The position numbers and the translations under genes are program-made. Positions 1 through 8,585 of a stretch of 64,000 bases of DNA are shown in pieces; within the stretch, counting starts at the first letter, position 1; each line of letters opens with the position of its first letter. The stretch lies in assembly GCA_963675595.2 (NCBI GenBank), contig CAXXLZ010000002.1, positions 704,001-768,000 on the forward strand. Direction: 5' to 3'. This DNA is from Thermodesulfobacteriota bacterium (lineage in GTDB: Bacteria > Desulfobacterota > Desulfarculia > JACQYL01). The notes under the pieces are model-generated. The model did not search any database and was not told the DNA's origin. It saw only the letters and a program-made list of their open reading frames with translations.

Positions 1-89
1 ACCACGTTCCCGCCTCATTCCTGTGATGACCGGGTAATGATTGTGTAAAGGGCTTGTTATTCGGAGGGGGGGCTCACTGAGAAACGCCG

Positions 90-121
90 CGGGGGAAGAA
101 CCTGAGATGGTTCTCCCCCCG
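90..121. terminator. GC-rich hairpin downstream of FlgT-like gene (terminator or REP-like)
   Basis: CGGGGGAAGAAC-loop-GTTCTCCCCCCG inverted repeat about 30 bp after the stop at 152. Confidence 0.4.
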
Positions 122-151
122 TCATGGTCGGCCTCGGTCTTTGCGTACGGC

Positions 152-1498
152 TCAGGGCGTGTGTAGCAACTCAATCTGGTACTTGTTGAAAAAAGAAAGT
201 GTGGTGGTGCCTTCCAGAGCGGTGGAACAAAGCTCCACAAAGGCTTCCGGCGGGAGCCTGACGAACCCCGTCTCAACTTGGTATTCGGCCACGTTGCGCT
301 GAGCCGTTGGAATCTTGGAGAACCGAACACTGAGCACGCCCTGAGCTTGATTGAGCGCCCCACGGACCTTTTCAGCACCTGCTTCGTCCACTCCGTGGAC
401 GGTCAACCGGGTGATACGCGCGTCTTCTAGCAGCAGGCCGGGAATGTCCCAGGCCAGTTCTTCCGAAGCATGGGCCGCGGCCTTTTCCAGGCAGCGTACC
501 CGCGCCTTCATGGGATCGGCGGAAGTGGATTTCTCCAACCGATGAAATGCCTTCACCAATTTGCCGTTGGAAACCACCAGGGCTTTGGCGGACAGTTCGG
601 CTTCGGCGAAATACACCGTTACGCCCACATCTTCCCGACGAAGAGGTTGCGACCTGAGCACGCCCACCAGCGCCAGGTCGGCGTCCACCGCCCGCGCTAC
701 GACGAGTGCCTGAGCCGTGACTCCGGCCTTGGCTTCTTGCAGGGTTCGGGCGTCTACGGAACGCTGCACCATCAAATCGTCGGAGGTCACCACTTGGTAA
801 CCGTATTCTGAAAACGCCCGGGCCATGGCGGCCTCCAAGCTCGTGAGCGAAGAGCCCACCGAAACCTTATCTCCTCCTGAAGAAGCCTCTACGGTCGGCG
901 GTCCCCCCGACGGCACACCGGCAACCACTTCGGGGAGAATCACGAGCAGCCGTGGCGAATCCAACAATTCCAGGTAGAGACGCAGGGCTTGCTCCCGATC
1001 CTCCGCATCGCTTCCTTTGGGCGCGACTTCCGCTTCGATGAGCACCTCGTACCAGGACGGGTTGCCCTGCACCACGCCTTCCCTACGTATATCGTAGGTC
1101 CGTATGAACCCGGAAGACCGGGAAGTGATGATGTCGTTCACCTGCTTGACGTTTCGAATAACCATCAGGCTTCCAATCTCCACGCCGCATCCTCTGCTTA
1201 CGGCCTCGGCATAGGCGGCCCTCAGCGCCGCCTTGCGCGCGCCTTCCACGTCGCCCCCATAGATGGTGGCAACGCCGCTTGCAACCACACGGCCGGGCTC
1301 GGCTTCATCCACGGGCAGTGGGACCACGTTGCCCTGCTTGCCGATGGACCGAACATCGGCAGGGGAAAAAACAGTCTCCTTTTCCTTCTTCCCCGCGGTT
1401 TCAGGGCTCCGGCCGGCCTTGGCAGGCACGACCATCCACAGGAGGCAAAGCAGGCCCACCCATGCAAGCATCCGAACTAGGTTTCCCTTATGATTCAT
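152..1498 (-). CDS. Exported protein with flagellar assembly protein T (FlgT) N-terminal-like domain, CsgG/TolB-N-like middle domain and small C-terminal alpha/beta domain
   Basis: Signal peptide (LLWMVVPAKA); VVASGVATIYGGDVEGARKAALRAAYAEAV...GFIRTYDI...YEVLIEAEV resembles FlgT_N; 448 aa. Confidence 0.7.
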   Translation of the reverse strand: MNHKGNLVRMLAWVGLLCLLWMVVPAKAGRSPETAGKKEKETVFSPADVRSIGKQGNVVPLPVDEAEPGRVVASGVATIYGGDVEGARKAALRAAYAEAVSRGCGVEIGSLMVIRNVKQVNDIITSRSSGFIRTYDIRREGVVQGNPSWYEVLIEAEVAPKGSDAEDREQALRLYLELLDSPRLLVILPEVVAGVPSGGPPTVEASSGGDKVSVGSSLTSLEAAMARAFSEYGYQVVTSDDLMVQRSVDARTLQEAKAGVTAQALVVARAVDADLALVGVLRSQPLRREDVGVTVYFAEAELSAKALVVSNGKLVKAFHRLEKSTSADPMKARVRCLEKAAAHASEELAWDIPGLLLEDARITRLTVHGVDEAGAEKVRGALNQAQGVLSVRFSKIPTAQRNVAEYQVETGFVRLPPEAFVELCSTALEGTTTLSFFNKYQIELLHTP

Positions 1499-1620
1499 GT
1501 TGCCACCCCATGGTTCTATGAACTTCGATCATTCTCAGTCGCGGTCCGGACTCCTGAAAACCCTCGGCATACAAGGGCCGAACACTCTGGTGCCGCGTGA
1601 GGCCCCCTTGCCCCGGGCTT

Positions 1621-2364
1621 TCAGAGCGGAGCCTTTCGCAGGTCTCCTTTTCGCTTCACCTGATACATCTGTTCCCACACGATGATGCCGGTTTTCGAGT
1701 CGGTGAGACGAAATTGAAACTGTAAGTACCTGAATCCTTGTGTCTCCTGTCCCACGTTCATCTCGTTCATGCCATAAACAAAACCATTGAGGAAATAATC
1801 AACGTCCCTGAGTTTGCCGGAAACTTCGGTGACCCGATGACTGGTTCTGTGACGTTCTTCGTCCGTCGAAGGCAACAAGGTTCCTACTTCCAGGGAAGAG
1901 CCGAGGTCCACGGAGGTGCGCCTCCGCGTTTCTTCCGCATGATCCCCCACGATAATGGGTTCATCCGTCTGTTCGATGCGTTCGTCGATCACTTGAGCCC
2001 GGGCGGTTTCGTCACGAAACAGGATGGGAGCTTCCCCCATGCGCTGGATGATTCCTCGCACCGTCCTGGGGTAAATGGAAAGGTCCAGGGGTTCCCCGGT
2101 GTGGTTTTCCATGGGCTTGATTTCCACCACCACGGGTTCCTCGGCGCTTTGCACCGCCGAACAAAGGACCAGATCGCGAGCCATGAGATCACAGACGGCC
2201 AGAAAATCGTCCACGAGCGGTGCGGCAAGGTAAGGTTCCCGAGGCTCCTCCTGCAAAGCGCGGTGAGTCGAAACCGGTTTGTCCGGGGAGGCGCATGCGT
2301 TCATACACACCATCACCGCCACCCCGAGCAGAAGCATCGCTCCCACCCATCTTCTCATCAGCAT
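1621..2364 (-). CDS. LpoB-like outer-membrane lipoprotein
   Basis: Lipobox MNAC; IKPMENHTGEPLDL...VDYFLNGFVY...YLQFQFRLTDSKTGIIVWEQ is LpoB-like; GAGGAGG SD before ATG 2364. Confidence 0.7.
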   Translation of the reverse strand: MLMRRWVGAMLLLGVAVMVCMNACASPDKPVSTHRALQEEPREPYLAAPLVDDFLAVCDLMARDLVLCSAVQSAEEPVVVEIKPMENHTGEPLDLSIYPRTVRGIIQRMGEAPILFRDETARAQVIDERIEQTDEPIIVGDHAEETRRRTSVDLGSSLEVGTLLPSTDEERHRTSHRVTEVSGKLRDVDYFLNGFVYGMNEMNVGQETQGFRYLQFQFRLTDSKTGIIVWEQMYQVKRKGDLRKAPL

Positions 2365-2403
2365 CGTCTTCCTCCTCACCCCAAGCGGGCGACATCCACC
2401 CGG

Positions 2404-2916
2404 TTATTTGTGACGGAACCAACGTTTATCCCGCTTCTCGGGCTTGGCGTTCTCTTTCTTATCCTTGATCTCTTTCGCCGACGGTTCATAAAGCGAAGCA
2501 GTGCGCACCTTGTCGATGACAACCTGGAAATCCTCGATTCCGAATTTCAAACTAGCGCACTTTATCAGTTGCACCTCAGAAGGAGTCAGGAATATGGTCC
2601 GCCAAGCGGACACGTCTTCGGGCTCCTGACTCGAATTGAGAAAAACAAAACGAACGTCGGAAACCACGCCCAAATCCTTCATCCGGCTTTTGAGCACCAG
2701 ACGAACCATCAGGCGCCCCGCAGCAGTGGTTTCGTGTGATACATCGACCACTTCCAGCAGACGCTCCGCGTCGGGTTCCAGAAGCAATACTTGGGGAAAC
2801 CGGTAATGGGTCGAGGAACGGCCCTCTTCCGCGTCGCCCCCCCAATCACCCGCCTTAACCGCCCCCGAAATACCGAGAAGCAAGATCAGGACGGACACAC
2901 CAATCAGCCTATTCAT
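2404..2916 (-). CDS. YcfL/DUF1425-like exported protein
   Basis: Signal peptide MNRLIGVSVLILLLGISGAVKA; RFVFLNSSQEPEDVSAWRTIFLTPSEVQLIKCAS resembles YcfL; lies directly upstream of the lpoB-like gene as ycfL does in enterobacteria; alternative GTG start at 2949. Confidence 0.6.
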   Translation of the reverse strand: MNRLIGVSVLILLLGISGAVKAGDWGGDAEEGRSSTHYRFPQVLLLEPDAERLLEVVDVSHETTAAGRLMVRLVLKSRMKDLGVVSDVRFVFLNSSQEPEDVSAWRTIFLTPSEVQLIKCASLKFGIEDFQVVIDKVRTASLYEPSAKEIKDKKENAKPEKRDKRWFRHK

Positions 2917-3094
2917 CCCTTTCTCCGTCACACGCCATGAAGCCTTCACATCAAATCCTCCACCTTCAGGGGCGAAAAAGCTCTCCCGAAGCCATGATCG
3001 GCGAATGCGAAGGAACCGATCATACAGATCAGAGGTTCCGTGCAACTTCACGCACTCCGGGCATCGAACCGTCCCGGCACCAGCCGGTTCCAAA

Positions 3095-4933
3095 TCATTC
3101 CGTCAGCTGAAACAGGGCGGCGTCCTTGATTTTGGTGAACCAGGGGTTCTCCTCGCCAATGCCCGCCCGTCGGCAATATAGAAACCCCTTGGCCAGCTCT
3201 TCAACGGCTTCATCATGTTCGCGCCTGTCCATGCGAGCCGCAGCCCGCTCCCAGAATCGCCGTTCCCGCGCTTCAAAGGCGCTCAGGACCACTCCGGCCA
3301 CCTTTGCCACCATCTTTTCCATGAGCAGCTGCCGAATTTCGCCGTCCGTGGGCAATTCCAGGGGGTCATGCCGAATGCCCGCGGCGGGTACGGCATCGCT
3401 GAAAGCGTCCTCCGCATCCTCGGCGGCTCGAAAACTCTTGGCCACGGTAATGGACGCCTTTTCGGAGTCGAAAATCCGGAGGGATACGTTCATCACAGCC
3501 TTGATGCGTTCCTTCCCCAAGACATAGGTTGTCATGGACGACAGGGGAACTCGGATGGTCTTTTCCGGAATCGATGGCCACTTGGACATATCCGTTCCGT
3601 AGGTCTTGAGCATCTGATCATAGAGGGGATTGGGCTCGACCCGCTCGCCCATAGGCACCACCACCCTGCTCCGATTCTCGGAACGTTGGTGCTCCGTGTC
3701 GAAAACATTGACGTTGCCGATAATGAACAAGTGAGCGCCGAGTACTTCGCTGAGCTGTTTCAGTTCCTTGCCGCTTTCCTTCAACAGTAGGTCGATTTTG
3801 GACCGCTCGAGCACTTCGATGCCGTAAGGAAGACGCTGCACCAGATAGGAAATCAGGTCATCGGAGAATTGGACACCCACGTTGGGTTGGTCCACGGGAG
3901 AGCCGAATCCGGAGACGGCGATCTGGACTCTGATTTTCCGTTCCAGTCGATCCCTGAGTTCCCGATGGACTGCGAACGCGCCTTCATGGTCCGGATTCAG
4001 CATGAGGGACTTGACTGAAAGCAGATAGGCCAAGCCGAGCTTGTCCGGTTCTTCCGCGCCGATTCGCTTCGCTTCTTCCATGTAATAAGCGGACCCGGAT
4101 GAACGAATGCCCGCAAGCAGCGACTCCTGCGAAGCCAACGGGGAATCCTCAACCAGACGAAGGGCGGCGAAATATCTCTTTTCTCGGGAGAGGTTTCGCA
4201 GTTCCTTAAGCACTCCCCCCTCCACGAGAGCATCCACCCGGTCACGGTAGGCGGAAACTAGAGCGGTGTCGGATGCGGGCTGTTGACAAGTCAGTTCGTC
4301 GAACACTTCCTTGGCCTGCTTCCAGTCCTTCCGTCCGATGGCCTCATCCAGCCGATTCCGGAATGCCGTGTCCCTTTCTTGAAGCAAGGCGGACCTTCGG
4401 GAGAGGAGGTCCGGCTCTCCGGGAGACAGAGTCAGGGCCCGGTCCAGCGCTCCCACGGCCCGGTTCCAGTCCTCCCTGGAAGCCGCCCTTTGAGACTCCC
4501 CAAGGTCTCTGTCCAACGAGGACTCGAGGGTCTTCTCTCGATCGAGATAGAGCGACAAGGCCTGCTCCATCCGTCGCTGTTCGTCGTCGTATGGAAGATG
4601 ATCCTTCAGTAGGACCACGGCGGCCCTGACATCGGGTAGATTCGGTTCATCGGACAGGGGGGGTATTTTCGACAGTACTCCGTCGGTGATTTCGGCGCGG
4701 ATATGAAAGATACGTTGACGAGTGGAGTCGTAATCCGAATGATCGGGCCGAATTTCTTTTAGAGCGGCCTCGTACAGCTCCAGGGATTGTATCTTGTCCC
4801 CCGCTTCGTATCGCCGTTCGGCCTGCTGGATCCGGGAGGCGCAAGCACAACAGAACCAAAGGCACAAGGCCGATACCGCCCATATGAGGACTCGGGTTCT
4901 CCTTGAGTCGCCATGCACGAATCTTTCCGTCAA
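3095..4933 (-). CDS. TPR-repeat lipoprotein with C-terminal CsgG/HfaB-like domain
   Basis: Lipobox CCACAS; helical TPR-like N-half; IAVSGF...FSDDLISYLV...IEVLERSKIDLLLKE...LGAHLFIIGNV is a CsgG-like signature. Confidence 0.7.
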   Translation of the reverse strand: MTERFVHGDSRRTRVLIWAVSALCLWFCCACASRIQQAERRYEAGDKIQSLELYEAALKEIRPDHSDYDSTRQRIFHIRAEITDGVLSKIPPLSDEPNLPDVRAAVVLLKDHLPYDDEQRRMEQALSLYLDREKTLESSLDRDLGESQRAASREDWNRAVGALDRALTLSPGEPDLLSRRSALLQERDTAFRNRLDEAIGRKDWKQAKEVFDELTCQQPASDTALVSAYRDRVDALVEGGVLKELRNLSREKRYFAALRLVEDSPLASQESLLAGIRSSGSAYYMEEAKRIGAEEPDKLGLAYLLSVKSLMLNPDHEGAFAVHRELRDRLERKIRVQIAVSGFGSPVDQPNVGVQFSDDLISYLVQRLPYGIEVLERSKIDLLLKESGKELKQLSEVLGAHLFIIGNVNVFDTEHQRSENRSRVVVPMGERVEPNPLYDQMLKTYGTDMSKWPSIPEKTIRVPLSSMTTYVLGKERIKAVMNVSLRIFDSEKASITVAKSFRAAEDAEDAFSDAVPAAGIRHDPLELPTDGEIRQLLMEKMVAKVAGVVLSAFEARERRFWERAAARMDRREHDEAVEELAKGFLYCRRAGIGEENPWFTKIKDAALFQLTE

Positions 4934-5449
4934 CGATTCACTCCGCGTTTTGATGAAAACCGGGACTTGATCATCTTACAACAAAACCATCTTAGTGAAC
5001 ATAAGGAAAGAATTCAACTTCCCTTGAACATCTCGAATATTTTGTTCACTTTTCGGCCGACGAGACATCACCATGGGAAGAATATCCTGGAGGCGTCAAG
5101 GAAACGCCTACACCGGAAAGGTTCAAAGACGCATGGTATAATGTTGCCCCATTTTACATCTACCACGCCCATCCGACGTATATCGAGAGTGCGCCGGCTG
5201 TTCCAACAACCCATTACCGACAATCCCGTTTTCGGCATGGAGCAACTAAGGAAGCGACGACTGTCTTGATCCACGCTCTTGTTCTTCGGCGAGGTCTGAA
5301 ATACAATTCAGTTGACGGACCGCCCCCCCATTTATATGATGAATGGAAGCTTTTCGTTTTCCAATCCCGCCGTTTCGGCGCAGCCATTGGAGAGGCCCTG
5401 GGTCCTTCGATCCGGGGATCATTCACATCATAAGTCCGAGGAGAACTTC

Positions 5450-5947
5450 ATGGTTTGGAAGATGAACCGTTGCGGAAGATTATGGGCCGTTCTGTTTTCC
5501 CTCGCTTTTCTGGTTGTTTTTGTGGGGTGCCAGGAAAACGTGAGAAACGAAACGGATGATGATTACGCCGCTCGCCAAACGGGACCGTCGCCGGAAGTCA
5601 CCACTGAAACGGTGAGAGTTGAGATGGTGCGGCGTTTTGACCCACTGACCCTGCAGGGCATCGGCGTGTTCGTCTCCGACAACGAGGGCCTGGCCAGGCG
5701 TGCGGCCATTAATCTTGCCGTCGCCGATCTCGCCTCTCAGGTTCAAACCGTGGTGCGTGCCGAAAGCGCGATTTACAACGTAAAGGAAGTCCGAGACGTG
5801 GTGGAGAACCGCGTGCGGGCTTTGGTCAGCAATTACCGAGTGGATTCGGAAGGATACGATCCGGGCACCAATGTGTACCGTGCCAGAATCAGACTCTCCG
5901 GAGAGGATCTCAGGAGAGAGATCGAACGCTGGATCGAAATCCGCTGA
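5450..5947 (+). CDS. LPP20-like lipoprotein
   Basis: GAGGAG SD then ATG 5450; lipobox VFVGC; GIGV...LARRAAINLAVADLASQVQTVVRAES is LPP20-like. Confidence 0.7.
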   Translation: MVWKMNRCGRLWAVLFSLAFLVVFVGCQENVRNETDDDYAARQTGPSPEVTTETVRVEMVRRFDPLTLQGIGVFVSDNEGLARRAAINLAVADLASQVQTVVRAESAIYNVKEVRDVVENRVRALVSNYRVDSEGYDPGTNVYRARIRLSGEDLRREIERWIEIR

Positions 5948-6123
5948 CGCGCCCGACCCCGCCCGTAGGTATTCCATGCGGCAAACCGGTTCCCCGCCGG
6001 TTTTCCGCATGTCTACTTTCGGGCGAACCGCCTTCGCGTCGGAGAACGGCCGAGGCGTTTCGGTCTTAGCCCCGCCTCGTTGAATCCGCGGCATTGCCGG
6101 TTCCCTAACGGAAAACGGATTTC

Positions 6124-7125
6124 ATGAGAAAAAAAATCGTCCTGTGGATCGGGATTCTCGCCCAATCGGCGATTCCGTTTTTCTTCTGTCTTGGCTGTGC
6201 CTCGTTTGCCTCCATCCCTCCTGAGCCGGTTAAGACGGTCTACGTGGTCGAAGGTCCGCCCGATCGAGTCGACGTCCGTTTCGCCCCCGCCTTCGTCGCG
6301 CACCAATACTCCAAGACGTATAATCGCATCGGAACGCTCTCGGCCGTTCGTAGTCCCGATGGACAAGAACGAGTCTTCGTGGATCCCCATAAGGCTGTGG
6401 TCTTTTCCGAAGTCCGCACTTTTTCCACGGCTTCGGGAACCTACACCAATCTGATCTACCGGGTGCATTTCTCCGAAGTGCCCTTCACGCTCATCCCTTT
6501 GCATTATACAGCAGGCTACAACGTGGGACTTCTGGTCGTGGTAACGCTGAATGCCGCCGAAAAGCCTATTCTCGTCACTACGGTGCACACCTGCGGTTGC
6601 TATGCGGCCGTCATTCCCACGGCGGCCCTTCCTCTGGAAGCACATCCGGAGAATCGAACAGAGGGTCCACTGGACGTCTACGGAGAACGCCTGCCGTCCC
6701 GACTCGACTACTCGTCCGCTTCCCATCCCAGGCTTATGGTTCATCTGCGGCCCGGTGTACACCGGGTAATGGACCTGCAAATCACAGACGATTCCGATCT
6801 AGCCTCGGACCCGGCTTTTCGTTTGCTGCCCGCGACCATGGAGCCTGCGGATCATTTAGAGAAGATTCCCATCCAGGGCGGAACCACGAGCTTCTATTTT
6901 CGAGATTGGCCGCTCACCGGCCACGTGAAAGGTTCTTTCAAAGGGCTGGAAAGCCTCACATTGGGCATTGTGAGTCTGGATTTCTACGTGGGTATGGACA
7001 AGGTTTACGGGGATGAAAACGGTCCCGACAACCCATTCTATACCAGCCTGCGATTTTGGAACCGGGAGAAATCGGACATGCGGTTTTTCGCCAGGTTTCT
7101 TAGGTTCTGGGGTTGGCGCCTGTAG
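6124..7125 (+). CDS. Hypothetical lipoprotein
   Basis: 333 aa, lipobox CLGC, VHTCGCY motif, normal codon usage. Confidence 0.7.
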   Translation: MRKKIVLWIGILAQSAIPFFFCLGCASFASIPPEPVKTVYVVEGPPDRVDVRFAPAFVAHQYSKTYNRIGTLSAVRSPDGQERVFVDPHKAVVFSEVRTFSTASGTYTNLIYRVHFSEVPFTLIPLHYTAGYNVGLLVVVTLNAAEKPILVTTVHTCGCYAAVIPTAALPLEAHPENRTEGPLDVYGERLPSRLDYSSASHPRLMVHLRPGVHRVMDLQITDDSDLASDPAFRLLPATMEPADHLEKIPIQGGTTSFYFRDWPLTGHVKGSFKGLESLTLGIVSLDFYVGMDKVYGDENGPDNPFYTSLRFWNREKSDMRFFARFLRFWGWRL

Positions 7126-7378
7126 GCGTGAAACCGCGAGTCGCATCCATGTGGCGGCGGAGAAGTCCCGAGAAAAAGATACCTTTTTCCCATCACCACA
7201 ATCCATTCTCCATTCAAGTCGGTCTCCCAAGCGCCGACTCCGATCCTACCGAGATTCCCGATCCTACACAGCCGATTCCAGGCCGGATATTTTCCTCGTT
7301 TCTTTCGTTCTTCCATAGTCATCAACGGCAGCCGAAGCCTCGTCCTCAGCGCCTCTGAAATCTGCCGAGTAAGCGGAT

Positions 7379-7394
7379 CGGTATGGAAATTGCA
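7379..7394 (+). promoter_or_regulatory. sigma54 (-24/-12) promoter of the PEP-CTERM-like gene
   Basis: cGGtatggaaaTTGCa with GG 7380-81 and GC 7392-93, the canonical spacing; PEP-CTERM genes commonly have sigma54 promoters. Confidence 0.65.
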
Positions 7395-7508
7395 TTGCAT
7401 AGCGGTGCCGTTTCGATCCGGTCCCCCCTCAAGGCTGGGCCGGAGCACCGTTGAGCTCGAAATGTCATACACTACTTACTGAAGCTGCATCACGAGAAAG
7501 GGCCGAGA

Positions 7509-8264
7509 ATGTACTCCAAAGGAAAATTCCGAATCGGGAAGACCACCAGGGCTCTTGTCCTGGTGTGTGGGATGCTGGCGATTTGCACTTCTTCCTCTTG
7601 GGCAACCACCATCAAGGTCGACGGTTGGAGCGGCAGAAATGTCTGGGTCCATCTCGAAGACAGCTCGGGTGAGGTTCTGAAAGACGGAAAGGTGCTTGCC
7701 GCTGAATTCGATCTTTCCATCGACGGCTACGACACGATAGGGTATTGCGTCGAGCTTGACCAGTCTTTGAAGAAAGGAACCTACGATTACACGCTTACCA
7801 CGGCCGATATGGACCCGTTTAAGAAAGCCGCCTGGGTGATGCTCAACTATGCCCCAGGCTTAGGCAACATTGGCGCCTCGGCCAAAACAAATGAGGAAAA
7901 AATCCAGAGCGCCGCAGTTCAATTGGCTGTATGGGAACTAGTTTTCGACGTGGATCAAAGTGTGACCGACACGCAAGGTCTGTTCTTTGCCACGTCCAAG
8001 ACCGATCAATCCATTCTTCAACTGGCACAGAGCTATGTAGATGCGGTGAACCGGAATAATGTGGATTTTTCCGGCATTCTCGTCAACAGAGTCGCCCTGA
8101 ACGACGCGAAACAGGATCTCCTGGTGGTTGTTTCCACCCCAGTCCCGCCAAGCGTGTGGCTGTTGGGATCCGGTTTCCTCGCGTTTACCGGTATGCGCCT
8201 TCGGAAACGAAAAAACCCTATCATAAACGGGCAGAGAAGAAGGGCAGAGAATTCGAACCTTTAG
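7509..8264 (+). CDS. VPLPA/PEP-CTERM sorted surface protein with thioester (TED/TQXA-like) domain
   Basis: Signal peptide; GYCVELDQ, AVQLAVWEL and KQDLLV motifs; C-terminal PVPPSVWLLGSGFLAFTGMRLRKRK sorting signal. Confidence 0.8.
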   Translation: MYSKGKFRIGKTTRALVLVCGMLAICTSSSWATTIKVDGWSGRNVWVHLEDSSGEVLKDGKVLAAEFDLSIDGYDTIGYCVELDQSLKKGTYDYTLTTADMDPFKKAAWVMLNYAPGLGNIGASAKTNEEKIQSAAVQLAVWELVFDVDQSVTDTQGLFFATSKTDQSILQLAQSYVDAVNRNNVDFSGILVNRVALNDAKQDLLVVVSTPVPPSVWLLGSGFLAFTGMRLRKRKNPIINGQRRRAENSNL

Positions 8265-8357
8265 GAGCGCTTCAAGAAGCTAAGCTCAACGAGAGAGACT
8301 AAGTAAGAGAGGAATCGGTGATAAGAGGGTTTTGGGAACGTCCGACGACGCATCAAT

Positions 8358-8585
8358 TCAGTCGGACTTCCCATCAACGCCTCCAATCTCTTCCAAAAAC
8401 TCGGGATAACACTCTGCCATACAATCAGGACAAATACCGTGGGTGAACTCGGCATTTGAATGATCTCGTATGTACGTTTCCACCTGCTCCCAATATCCCC
8501 CATCATTCCGAACTTTTTTACAGATGGAGCAAATGGGAATAATTCCTCTAAGTTGACGTATTTCACCGATCGCCTTCTCAAGCTC
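8358..8585 (-). pseudogene. 3' remnant of a signalling protein with the LRGIIPICxxCKKxR...HGICPxC C-terminal domain, truncated at the IS end
   Basis: Manual translation ELEKAIGEIRQLRGIIPICSICKKVRNDGGYWEQVETYIRDHSNAEFTHGICPDC...KSD*; no start codon; frame begins at IS boundary 8586. Confidence 0.85.

Noticed and set aside
8261-8581. 106-aa ORF from the track
   Set aside because: Wrong frame; the overlapping frame 8358-8585 encodes the recognisable PICxxCKK domain
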